A stretch of DNA of 32,230 bases from Acidobacteriota bacterium (GCA_003231035.1 QIHU01000241.1:1-32230); one strand, 5' to 3'; counted from the stretch's first letter, positions 19,301 through 27,695 are shown. A program made the numbers and translations. The notes: generated by a model not told the origin, from the letters alone.

Positions 19301-20976
19301 TGCCGGCCCCCGACGCCTCGGCGGCGCAGGCCCTCTACGTGGCGCCGCGCAACGCCGACGAAGAGAAGATGGCCGACATCTGGGCCGATTTGTTGAAGCT
19401 CGAGCGGGTGGGGGTCCACGACGATTTCTTCGACCTCGGCGGGGACTCGCTCCTCGTCGTGCGGGTGGTGACCAAGGCGGCCAAGGCCGGCGTCACGATC
19501 ACCACCAAACAGGCTTTCGAACATAAGACGATCTCCGAACTGATCGCGGCGGCGGGCTCGGTGGACATCATCGCCGAGCAGGCAGCGGTGGTCGGCCATC
19601 ACCCGTGGACCCCGGCGCAACTGCACTTCCAAGAGCTGCGCCACCCCAACGAACACTTTCACTCGACTGGAAACCTGTTGGAGATTCGCCAGGGAGCGAT
19701 CGATCCGGTTGTGGTGCGACGGGCGCTCCAGGTGATGCAGCGCCACCACGACACCCTGCGCATGCGCATGGTCGAGGAGCCTTACGCGGGCCAAACCGAC
19801 GTCGGCGCCTACCAGCTGGGGGCGAACCGCCATCTGATCATCGAGCCGGTGGGTAGACTCCCGGCATTGCGCTACGTCGATCTGAGCGGCTTGCCCCAGG
19901 CGGAGCACGAAACCCACATGACCACCGTCGCCCGAGAGACGGTGACCGGCTACGACCTGGCTCGCGGGCCGCTGTTCAGGGCGGTGATCTTCGAGCTGGA
20001 ACCGGGTTGCCCACGACAGCTCTTCTTGAGCGCTCATTTCTACCCGGTCGACCTCGGCTCCTGGATACCGCTGCTCGATGATTTCGACACCGTCTACGGC
20101 CAACTTCTCGCCGGAGAAGAGGTGCAACTTCAACCTAAGACCACCTCGGCGGTCGATTGGGCCAAGCGGCTCCAAGAACGCGCCCTCAACCTGCCGGACG
20201 CGGAGCGCAAATACTGGCTGGAGCAAGCACCGCTCAAACCGACCCGCATTCCCATGGACCACCAGACCGGCCCCAACGATTGGACGGCGGCGCGGGTGGA
20301 ACGGATGGTGCTCTCGGCCGAGGACACCGAGATTCTGCTCAGCCACGCGCCCCGCGCTTTCGGAGTGCAGATCGACGGCATCATGGTCACCGCGATCCTG
20401 GAGGCTTTCGCCGAGTGGGTGAAGGCGCGGGAGTTCCCGATCGTGCTCCTCGGTCACGGTCGCGAGCCGCTCTACGACGATATGGACATCAGCCGCACCG
20501 TGGGTTGGTTCAACAGTCTCTATCCGATCAACGTCGTTCTCGGCCCGGAGGCGCAGTTCGACGACGTCGCCCGTTTCGTCAACCGGCAGCTACGCGAAGT
20601 TCCGCACGGAGGAATGGGCTACGGCAGCCTCAAGTACCTGGGCGGCGATCAGGAGGCGGCTCGCCATCTGCGCGCCGCGGCCTGGCCACAGATCTTCTTC
20701 AACTATGTCGGTTCGGACAACTCGAAGGAGTTGCGTTCCTTCAAGAAGCTCGAGCAGTTCGGCGGCTACTTCCTGGACGTCCACACCCAACGGCTCACCC
20801 CGATTGTGCTCACCGGGATGATCGTCGAAGACGAGTTGCTCCTCAAGTGGGAGTGGAGCGTGAATCTTCACAACCAGGAAACGATTCTGGCGCTTCTCAA
20901 GCGCTGTCGTGAGGTGATCGATTGGTTCCTCACCGAATATCGCCGCCGGGAGGCGGCCAGGGGGGTGGTCTTGTGA
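16306..20976 (+). CDS. Terminal NRPS: C-A(Gly)-T-epimerase-like domain lacking catalytic residues; no thioesterase
   Basis: ATG 16306 preceded by AGGAG and overlapping the upstream stop. C motif HHIANDQWS; A domain FDIAGLE...NVYGPTEATIWS; T domain GGDSL at 19438-19452. Last domain has E-family motifs GHGRE, SRTVGWF, VPHGGMGYG and FNYVG, but the active-site segment reads HFYPVDLGSW. Confidence 0.95.
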   Translation: MAEPEIARRIADLPPEERAKLFEKVLLRRKPRSETPSRPPLLRHSRDDFSFLLSFAQQRLWFLNLYEPDSPEYNVPQTFRIEGVLDPELLEGSLNGVVSRHESLRTTFVSQEGTPYQRVAPAMRVALPCLDLTHQPEEEAWEVAMEGCREDAAQPFDLAAGPLLRGRLYRVAEEGWVLYLNVHHIANDQWSMGVLARELAEFYAAGAEKRAPDLPELPVQYLDYGLWQREWLSGEELERQVDFWRRRLGSVPPLDLPTDRPRPAVRTFAGNTLPLALAPGLGSQLGKLAAAESATLFMVLSAAFKALLHHYTAQEDFAVGTLIANRRLPQVEDLIGFFANTLVLRTDLAGDPPFSQLIEREREVALDAFAHQDLPFEKLIDELNPPRDTSRTPLCQAMLILLNAPGEPLHLPGAELAPVALDNRTSKMEMTLYLAGEGDGLGGYLEYNRDLFDRATIERFLGHFHTLLESCVADPNLPLSRVPLLAEEERRHLLFDLNDTTTPAPTAPLHHLLAARCAASPEATAVEVAGEKLTYGDLERRSNRLARYLARRGVGPEVLVGLCVERSLDMVVALLAVLKAGGGYVPLDPEYPASRLERMLGDSRAPVVVTQTALIEKLPPNTATIVTLDKDGDGAAIAAESAEPFDGGASLSSLAYVIYTSGSTGTPKGVQISHLALVNFLRSMERSPGFTAADSLLGVTTLSFDIAGLELYLPLLAGGRLVLAARDEAQAGERLVELLDRSEITVMQATPATWRLLLGAGWSGDPNLKVLCGGEALPEDLAAELVAKAGEVWNVYGPTEATIWSTLDRLEPVGKVSIGLPLDNTQVHLLAPGSLLPVPLGVPGELLIGGLGLARGYRGLPAMTADRFVPDPHSEVAGARLYRTGDLARRFPDGRLECLGRIDHQVKVRGFRIELGEIEVALASHDGVAQTVVLAREDTPGSKRLVAYWTGTAGSQPPSTADLKNWIQQSLPDYMVPAFFVPLDELPLTPNGKTDRLALPAPDASAAQALYVAPRNADEEKMADIWADLLKLERVGVHDDFFDLGGDSLLVVRVVTKAAKAGVTITTKQAFEHKTISELIAAAGSVDIIAEQAAVVGHHPWTPAQLHFQELRHPNEHFHSTGNLLEIRQGAIDPVVVRRALQVMQRHHDTLRMRMVEEPYAGQTDVGAYQLGANRHLIIEPVGRLPALRYVDLSGLPQAEHETHMTTVARETVTGYDLARGPLFRAVIFELEPGCPRQLFLSAHFYPVDLGSWIPLLDDFDTVYGQLLAGEEVQLQPKTTSAVDWAKRLQERALNLPDAERKYWLEQAPLKPTRIPMDHQTGPNDWTAARVERMVLSAEDTEILLSHAPRAFGVQIDGIMVTAILEAFAEWVKAREFPIVLLGHGREPLYDDMDISRTVGWFNSLYPINVVLGPEAQFDDVARFVNRQLREVPHGGMGYGSLKYLGGDQEAARHLRAAAWPQIFFNYVGSDNSKELRSFKKLEQFGGYFLDVHTQRLTPIVLTGMIVEDELLLKWEWSVNLHNQETILALLKRCREVIDWFLTEYRRREAARGVVL

Positions 20977-21048
20977 ATCGGCTCACCCTCGCGGACACAG
21001 TCCCTGTACAACTTCAACCCTTTGGACAGCGTTTCATGGAGGCGGACC

Positions 21049-22434
21049 ATGACGGAACAACCTAGTCAACGTAGCTTTCGAATTTTCGGCATTATCTGGG
21101 TAGGTCAACTGATCTCGTTGATCGGCTCCGGCATGACAACGTTCACGTTGGCGATCTGGATCTTGAGAAATACCGAGCACGTCACCAACTACACCCTGGC
21201 CATTGTGCTCGCCAGCCTTCCCGGAACTCTGCTGGCGCCTTTCGCCGGTGCTCTGGTCGATCGCTGGAGCCGGCGGCTGGTGATGATCGGCTCCGACATC
21301 GCTCCGGCGATCGTCACCTTGACCGTTGCCTGGCTACTGATGCAGAACAATCTACAGCTTTGGCATGTTTACATCGGTGTGGTGGTGGGGTCGATCGCGC
21401 AGACCTTTCAGTGGCCAGCCTACATGGCCTCGATCACCTTGCTGGTGCCGAAGGAGCAATACGGGCGGGTGAACGGCATGCTCCAGTTTGGCCAGGCGGC
21501 CACCACCATCGCGGCACCCGCTCTCGCCGGCTTGTTGCTCTCCTTCATGAGTCTTTCGAAGGTGCTCTTGATCGACTTCGTGACCTTCCTCTTCGCGGTC
21601 ACTACGCTGGCCATCGTGCGCATCCCACAGCCGCCTGAAAGCGAGGCCGGCAAGGCTTCGAAAGGGTCAATCTGGCAGGAGGTCAAGTTTGCCTGGAACT
21701 ACATCCGGGAGCGCAAAGGGTTGTTCAATTTGTTGATGTTCTTTGCCGTGGTCAACTTGGCGGCGAGCGTGACCGGAGTTGCGTTGATGCCGATGGTTCT
21801 TGGCTTTGCCTCGGAAGCAGGGGTTGGGACGATCATGTCGATGGTCGGAGTCGGGTTGCTGATCGGTGGCTTCATCATGACCGCCACCGGTGGGCCGAAG
21901 AAGAAGATCTACGGGGTGCTCGGTGCCGGTGCCATGTACAGCATCTGTTTCGTGATGATCGGACTCAAACCGTCGATTTGGCTGGTCGGTGCCGGGGTGG
22001 TCCTCTGGTACACCGTCCTGCCGATCATGAATGCCAGCAGCCAGACCATTTGGATGAGCAAGGTGGAGCCGGATCTGCAGGGTCGCGTCTTCTCGATGCG
22101 GCGCATGATGGCGCAGTTCACCGTGCCGATCGGAGATTTCTCGGCCGGCCCGCTGGCCGACAAGATCTTCAACCCGCTCCTCATCGCTGGCGGACCGTTG
22201 GCCGCCTCGGTGGGAGGCGTGATCGGGGTGGGGCCCGGCCGTGGCATTGGCCTGATGTTCCTGGTCATGGCGATCGTGCCTGGCCTTGCCGCCCTCTGGG
22301 GTTTTCTGAATCCCAGGGTGCGCAATGTTGAAACTGAAATACCGGACCACTCGGCGGCGCCAGAAGCGGCGCCGGATGTCGAGGAGACCGGCGGAGAAAC
22401 GAGTGCAACCGATGCCGCGGAGGCGGGAGCTTAA
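21049..22434 (+). CDS. MFS efflux transporter (DHA3 / macrolide-efflux-like), probable product exporter
   Basis: GGAGG upstream of ATG 21049. Multiple hydrophobic helices; F..IWVGQLISLIGSGMT start, MFS motif A GALVDRWSRR, and DLQGRVFS in the C-terminal half. Confidence 0.9.
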   Translation: MTEQPSQRSFRIFGIIWVGQLISLIGSGMTTFTLAIWILRNTEHVTNYTLAIVLASLPGTLLAPFAGALVDRWSRRLVMIGSDIAPAIVTLTVAWLLMQNNLQLWHVYIGVVVGSIAQTFQWPAYMASITLLVPKEQYGRVNGMLQFGQAATTIAAPALAGLLLSFMSLSKVLLIDFVTFLFAVTTLAIVRIPQPPESEAGKASKGSIWQEVKFAWNYIRERKGLFNLLMFFAVVNLAASVTGVALMPMVLGFASEAGVGTIMSMVGVGLLIGGFIMTATGGPKKKIYGVLGAGAMYSICFVMIGLKPSIWLVGAGVVLWYTVLPIMNASSQTIWMSKVEPDLQGRVFSMRRMMAQFTVPIGDFSAGPLADKIFNPLLIAGGPLAASVGGVIGVGPGRGIGLMFLVMAIVPGLAALWGFLNPRVRNVETEIPDHSAAPEAAPDVEETGGETSATDAAEAGA

Positions 22435-22447
22435 GAGGATGAGAATT

Positions 22448-24736
22448 ATGAGATTTGGAGAGATAGGCAGAGTGTGGAACATCGCGTTGACTCACTGCCT
22501 GTGGCTAGCGATTCTGACCATGATGGCGGTGCCGGTGGTGGCACAGAAGGACGAAGCGGCAGCCGTCCCGGCGCAACCGTTGCGACACTTCGAGGTCACC
22601 CAGGCGAGTTCGCCGATCAAGATTGACGGCCTGCTCGACGAAGCGGCCTGGGAGACGGCGGTGGTCATCGATCTGCCCTATGAGTGGTTCCCGAGCGACA
22701 ACGGCACTCCGCCGGTGAGGACCGAGTCGTTGGTCACCTACGACCGCACCAATATTTACATCGCTTTTCGCGCCTTCGATCCGAATCCCGAGGAGATCCG
22801 GGCCCACTTGATGGACCGCGACGCGATCGGCCTCTTCATCCAAGACGATCATGTGGGCTTCACCCTCGATACTTTCAATGACGAACGGCGCGCCTTCCAC
22901 TTCCGGGTCAACCCTCTGGGGGTGCAGATCGACGCCGTCTTTTCAGAACGCACCGCGCGCGAGGACTACTCGGTCGACCTCATCTGGGACTCGGCCGGCC
23001 GGGTCCATGCCGAGGGGTACGTCGTCGAGGTGGCCATTCCGCTCAAGCAACTCCGCTTTTCTCGCAGCGACGAGGCGCAGACCTGGGGCTACGAGGCATT
23101 TCGTAGCTATCCACGCAGCGTTCGCCATCGGATTACCTCGCGTTTTACCGATCGTGAGAAGGACTGCCTGCTGTGTCAAGAGAATAAGATCAGCGGCTTC
23201 CAACAACTGAAGACCGGCAACAATCTTGAGATTACCCCCACCGTGACGGGGATCAGCACGGATAGCGTGGACACCTTTCCTGACGGCCGTCTTCAGAACG
23301 TCGTGGAGGACCTAGAGGCCGGTGTTTCGTTGCGTTGGGGGGTCACTCCGAACATCACCGTCAGCGCCACGGTCAATCCTGACTTTTCACAGGTCGAAGC
23401 CGATGTGGCGCAGCTCGATATCAACAACAGATTCGCCCTCTTCTTTCCCGAAAAGCGCCCCTTCTTCCTAGAAGGGTCGGACCTCTTTCAGACGCCTCTC
23501 AACGCGGTCTTTACCCGCACCGTGGCCAACCCCCGCTGGGGCACCAAGCTCTCCGCCAAGGAGGGTAAGAACACCTTGGGTCTCTTCGTCACCGACGATC
23601 GGATTACCAATATTCTGATTCCAGGCAACCAAGGTTCGAGCTTTGCCTTTCTGGACGATGATCTGACCACCGGTGTGGTCCACTACACCCGAGAGGTGGG
23701 GAAGTTCTCGGCGATTGGCCTGCTGTACACCGGGCGCGAGGGCGACGGCTATTTCAACCGTGTGGGCGGGATCGATGGTTTCTTGCGTTTCACCCCTTCC
23801 GACACCGTACGGGTTCAGTACCTGCGCTCGGATACGCTCTATCCCGTGGAGGTGGCGGACCGTTTCGGTCTGCCCACTGACCCTTTCGACGGCGACGCCT
23901 TCTCCGTGCGCTACGACCACTTCGCCAAACTTTGGAGGGGATTCGTGCGCTACGAGAATCTCGATCCAGAGTTCCGTGCCGATGCTGGCTTTATCCCGAG
24001 GGTCGATGTCAAGACTTCCGAGGTAGGTTACGAGCGTGTGGTCTATGGCGAGCAGGGCGACTGGTATGCACAAATGAGTTTCGGCGGTCGCGCCCTGCGG
24101 ACTGAGGATCACAGCGGTCTACTGACCGATGAGGAGATCGAAGTTTTCGGCATTTACCAAGGGCCGAAGCAGTCCTTCGTTCGGCTACAACTCTTCGACA
24201 ACCAGGAGTTCTTCGGCGGGGTGACCTACGACATTCAAAAGGCGCGGCTGTTTGGGCAGTTCACCCCCAGCGGCAACGTGCGCGCCTCGCTGGCGATTTG
24301 GTCGGGTGACGAGGTCGATTTCGCCAATGGCCGACCCGGCGATCAGGTCTTGATCAGTCCCAACGTGCTGATGCGTTTGGGACGTCACCTGTCGGTGGAA
24401 GTCGACTATCTGCGCCGGGAGCTCGACGTGGAGGGAGGGCGGCTGTTCACCGCCGAGCTAGCGCAAGCCAATATCATCTACAACTTCAACGTGCGCTCGT
24501 TCGTGCGTGGAATCTTCCAGTACCAGAAGATCGCTCGCGACCCGTCTCTGTACACCCGAACGGTGGTAGAGGAGAACAGCGACTTCTTCGTTCAATTCCT
24601 CTACTCCTACAAGATCAACCCACAGACCGTCCTCTTCGTTGGCTATACCGACACCCGCGCGGGGGTGGAGGACGTCTCTTTGCAGCAGACCGATCGCACC
24701 TTCTTCCTGAAACTGGGCTATGCCTTCCTCTACTGA
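22448..24736 (+). CDS. Exported outer-membrane protein: N-terminal CBM9-like domain plus DUF5916-like beta-barrel
   Basis: Signal-peptide-like N-terminus (..LWLAILTMMAVPVVA|QKD). IKIDGLLDEAAW is typical of CBM9-like starts; TVNPDFSQVEAD and FFPEKRPFFLEG match my recollection of the DUF5916 family. C-terminal amphipathic strand FFLKLGYAFLY. Start at 22439 or 22448; the ORF-track start 22325 overlaps the MFS gene. Confidence 0.8.
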   Translation: MRFGEIGRVWNIALTHCLWLAILTMMAVPVVAQKDEAAAVPAQPLRHFEVTQASSPIKIDGLLDEAAWETAVVIDLPYEWFPSDNGTPPVRTESLVTYDRTNIYIAFRAFDPNPEEIRAHLMDRDAIGLFIQDDHVGFTLDTFNDERRAFHFRVNPLGVQIDAVFSERTAREDYSVDLIWDSAGRVHAEGYVVEVAIPLKQLRFSRSDEAQTWGYEAFRSYPRSVRHRITSRFTDREKDCLLCQENKISGFQQLKTGNNLEITPTVTGISTDSVDTFPDGRLQNVVEDLEAGVSLRWGVTPNITVSATVNPDFSQVEADVAQLDINNRFALFFPEKRPFFLEGSDLFQTPLNAVFTRTVANPRWGTKLSAKEGKNTLGLFVTDDRITNILIPGNQGSSFAFLDDDLTTGVVHYTREVGKFSAIGLLYTGREGDGYFNRVGGIDGFLRFTPSDTVRVQYLRSDTLYPVEVADRFGLPTDPFDGDAFSVRYDHFAKLWRGFVRYENLDPEFRADAGFIPRVDVKTSEVGYERVVYGEQGDWYAQMSFGGRALRTEDHSGLLTDEEIEVFGIYQGPKQSFVRLQLFDNQEFFGGVTYDIQKARLFGQFTPSGNVRASLAIWSGDEVDFANGRPGDQVLISPNVLMRLGRHLSVEVDYLRRELDVEGGRLFTAELAQANIIYNFNVRSFVRGIFQYQKIARDPSLYTRTVVEENSDFFVQFLYSYKINPQTVLFVGYTDTRAGVEDVSLQQTDRTFFLKLGYAFLY

Positions 24737-24767
24737 GGCGGCGGCGCGACGGCACTGGAGACTGACG

Positions 24768-26441
24768 ATGAACAAACCCATCCTCGATTGCATTCTGGTT
24801 GGCCACAACGAAGGAAATTACCAAGACTTCGTCGAACGGCAACGGATGACCTCCTCGACGACTGGAGCCTACGGCGAGGTGATGACCAACTCGATCCTGT
24901 TCAAGGGGCGCAGGATCACCTACATGGACTTGATGAACTATGGCATTGGTCGGGCGACCGGACGACGGTCAAAACTATCGAGCTTCGGGCCGACCAACCT
25001 CGCTTCGTGCTATCTGCGGAACTTCCTGCGCGGTTGCGGTCTGTCGGCCGAGATCGTCAATACTTTTCAACCTCAGAAGGCTCTGCTCGAAGAGTTCCTC
25101 GACGAGCCGCATCGGGTGGTTGCGATCACCACGACCTTCTACGTCGAGCCAAGCCCCATTCAGGAGATCGTGCAGTTCGTGCGTGAGCGGAGCCCCCAGA
25201 CGACGATTGTGGTGGGTGGGCCGCATGTGTTCAATATCTGCGAGGGTAACGACGCCAAGACGCAGGACTTCATCTTCGAGACCATCGGCGCGGACATCTA
25301 TGTGCAGGAGTCGCAGGGAGAACTTACCCTGTCGAGGATTCTGATGGCTCTGCGTTCCTCGCGGGACCCGGACCTTTCGAAAATCGAAAACCTGATCTAT
25401 CGCGAAGATGGCGCCTATGTGCGCACCACCCGGTTGAGCGAAGAGAATGTGATGAATGAAAACTCGATCGACTGGAGCCAGTTCGATTCGAACTACCTGG
25501 AGCCGATGACGCTGACGCGCACGGCGCGAAGTTGCGCCTTTTCTTGCTCCTTCTGCAACTATCCGCGCATGGCGGGCGCGCTGAGTCTGACCGATATCGA
25601 TGTGGTTGAGCGCGAGTTGAGGCAACTGGAGGAGATCGGCGTGCGCTCGGTGCATTTCATCGACGACACCTTCAACGTGCCGATCCGGCGGTTCAAGGAG
25701 CTGCTGCGGATGATGATCCGCAACCGGTTCACTTTTCGCTGGATGTCCTTCCTGCGCGCCGGCAACGCCGACGCCGAGGCGATTGACCTGATGGCCGAGA
25801 GCAACTGCTTCGGCTCTCTGCTGGGAATCGAATCGGGAGATTCCCAGGTGCTGACAATGATGAACAAGAAGGCTACCATCGAGCTCTACGAACAGGGCAT
25901 CGCCAGACTCAAGACCAACGGCATTCTCGCTTACGGCATGTTCTTCATGGGATTTCCCGGGGAAACGCAGCAGACGGCGCGCAACACCTTCGAGTTTATT
26001 CAGCGCACCGCCCCCGATTTCTACATGACCGGACTCTGGTATCACGATACCTTGGCGCCGATTCACGAACGGGCCCAAGAGCTGGGGATTCGCGGCGCTG
26101 GCTATAACTGGAGTCACAAGACGATGAACTGGCGCGAGGCGGCGCAGTGGGTGCACTACATCTACAACAACATTGATCGATCGACGATCATGCCGCTGAC
26201 CGGTTTCAGCTTCGAGACCCTGCCCTACTTGCTCGGCCTCGGCATGCGGCTGGAAAAGATCAAGGAGTTCGCCCGTTTGGCGCACGGCATGTTGGTCGCC
26301 ACCCTGGACGACGAGCCGCAGGATTTCAGCCGCCAAGAGAGGGAATTGGTCCGCATCTGCGGTGAACTCTACGGCGACGATCTCGCCCACGTCGCCAAGG
26401 AGGCTCTGGCCACGGCGCCACCGATCGAGGTCGCGGTTTGA
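24768..26441 (+). CDS. Cobalamin-dependent (class B) radical SAM methyltransferase, PhpK-family-like
   Basis: GGAG upstream of ATG 24768. CxxxCxxC motif RTARSCAFSCSFCNYP at 25533-25556. N-terminal B12-binding-like region (VAITTTFYV, IVVGGPHV, QGELTL), then FIDDTFNVP, LGIESG..VL..MNK and MGFPGET. The overall motif pattern resembles PhpK-family proteins by recognition only, not by a search. Confidence 0.85.
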   Translation: MNKPILDCILVGHNEGNYQDFVERQRMTSSTTGAYGEVMTNSILFKGRRITYMDLMNYGIGRATGRRSKLSSFGPTNLASCYLRNFLRGCGLSAEIVNTFQPQKALLEEFLDEPHRVVAITTTFYVEPSPIQEIVQFVRERSPQTTIVVGGPHVFNICEGNDAKTQDFIFETIGADIYVQESQGELTLSRILMALRSSRDPDLSKIENLIYREDGAYVRTTRLSEENVMNENSIDWSQFDSNYLEPMTLTRTARSCAFSCSFCNYPRMAGALSLTDIDVVERELRQLEEIGVRSVHFIDDTFNVPIRRFKELLRMMIRNRFTFRWMSFLRAGNADAEAIDLMAESNCFGSLLGIESGDSQVLTMMNKKATIELYEQGIARLKTNGILAYGMFFMGFPGETQQTARNTFEFIQRTAPDFYMTGLWYHDTLAPIHERAQELGIRGAGYNWSHKTMNWREAAQWVHYIYNNIDRSTIMPLTGFSFETLPYLLGLGMRLEKIKEFARLAHGMLVATLDDEPQDFSRQERELVRICGELYGDDLAHVAKEALATAPPIEVAV

Positions 26442-26464
26442 TCGTCGCGAGCCGGGCCGCAACC

Positions 26465-27598
26465 ATGGCCAACCAGAAGATCGATCACTGGCGAGCGCTG
26501 TGGGACGATGCTTATGAGCAACCGGTTGGAGACGGCGATCCGAGCTTGAATCTCGCTGGCTGGACGAGCAGCTACACGGGACTGCCCATCCCACTCGCCG
26601 ATATGCGCGAGTGGGTGGCGGGGACGGTAGGGCGCATCGATTCGCTGACCCCAAGCCGGGTTTTGGAGATCGGCTGCGGTACCGGCATGCTTCTCCTACG
26701 CATCGCCCCGCGCTGCGAGATCTATCGCGGAGTCGACTTCTCGCCGACTTCGCTGGCCTATGTCGCGGAGCAGGTTCGCGTCGCGGGAATCGAGGGGGTG
26801 CGATTGTTCGAGGCCGATGCCGATCAACTCGCTTTGCCGGCTTCGGAACGGTTCGATCTGGTGGTGCTCAACTCGGTAGTCCAGTACTTCCCCGACGCTG
26901 ACTACCTCCGGCGAGTCCTCCTCGGCGCGATCCAACACCTGGCTCCGGGAGGCGCGATCTTCCTCGGCGACCTGCGCAGCCGTTCGCTCCTGCCTTGCTT
27001 TCATTCTTCGCGACTGCTGCGCCAGGCGGACCGCGACCGGCCTCTCTCCGAACTGGCCACGCAGCTGACTGGCGATGTCGCCAGCGAAGTGGAATGGGCT
27101 CTCGACCCGGCCGATCTTGAAGCGATCACCGCGTACCTGCCCGGTTCGGTCTCGATCACCACCCAGCTCAAACGGGGCCGGCGGCGCAATGAGATGACCT
27201 GCTTCCGCTACGATGCCACCCTCCGTCTGGAGCCCGGCCCCGCCTGGGGAAGGGGCGCTGACGGCAAGGACGTAGTCGCGGACTGGCGCGACGAAGCTCT
27301 CTCGGCCAGCATAGTACGCGGTTGGTTGGACGCCAGAGGGGAGGCGGATCTGACCCTTCAAGGCATCCCCAATGCTCGTTTGGTCGAAGAGCTGAAGGCA
27401 CTGCGCTGGCTGCGCAGGCCTGAAGGTCTGGAGACGGTTGGTGAGCTGGCGAGGGCGGTGCGTCGAGCACGTCTGAGCGGCATCGAACCGGAGGATCTCT
27501 GGCGGCTAGAGAGGGGTGGTGTTGGCGACGAGCTGAGGATCGAAGTCGATTGGCAAGCGGATGCCGCTGATCGCTTCCTGGCGCGAGTGAGCCGGTAA
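26465..27598 (+). CDS. Stand-alone SAM-dependent methyltransferase of the NRPS N-methyltransferase domain type
   Basis: Motif I VLEIGCGTG, GVDFS and FDLVVLNSVVQYFP. Also GWTSSYTGLPIP..MREW, LKRG...NEMTCFRYD and IPNARL, which are typical of N-MT domains embedded in A domains. Start ATG 26465, or TTG 26438 overlapping the upstream stop. Confidence 0.9.
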   Translation: MANQKIDHWRALWDDAYEQPVGDGDPSLNLAGWTSSYTGLPIPLADMREWVAGTVGRIDSLTPSRVLEIGCGTGMLLLRIAPRCEIYRGVDFSPTSLAYVAEQVRVAGIEGVRLFEADADQLALPASERFDLVVLNSVVQYFPDADYLRRVLLGAIQHLAPGGAIFLGDLRSRSLLPCFHSSRLLRQADRDRPLSELATQLTGDVASEVEWALDPADLEAITAYLPGSVSITTQLKRGRRRNEMTCFRYDATLRLEPGPAWGRGADGKDVVADWRDEALSASIVRGWLDARGEADLTLQGIPNARLVEELKALRWLRRPEGLETVGELARAVRRARLSGIEPEDLWRLERGGVGDELRIEVDWQADAADRFLARVSR

Positions 27599-27660
27599 CA
27601 CCGGGTGGTTGTAGGATTCGCGTCCGCTTGACCTGCCGCGAGTCCCTTCCTTCACAAGGA

Positions 27661-27695
27661 AACCGCCCGGGAGCCTCGCGGTCGCCCGGGCGGTT
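27661..27695. terminator. GC-rich hairpin between convergent genes, possible bidirectional terminator
   Basis: Perfect 11-bp inverted repeat aaccgcccggg (27661-27671) / cccgggcggtt (27685-27695) with a 13-nt loop. U-tracts are weak on both strands. Confidence 0.6.

Noticed and set aside
1-20976. Recurring near-identical DNA stretches (e.g. tacacctcgggctcgacc, aaggtacgcggcttccgcatcgag) as repeat elements or a CRISPR-like array
   Set aside because: They are the conserved A-domain core motifs of paralogous modules, with no regular repeat-spacer structure.
21049-26441. Visibly lower GC in the transporter/barrel/radical SAM block as evidence of separate horizontal acquisition
   Set aside because: Not quantified. 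It is plausibly explained by amino-acid composition, and there are no mobility genes or flanking repeats.
24975-26654. 559-aa antisense ORF over the radical SAM gene
   Set aside because: No recognisable motifs; a typical shadow ORF opposite a high-GC coding strand.
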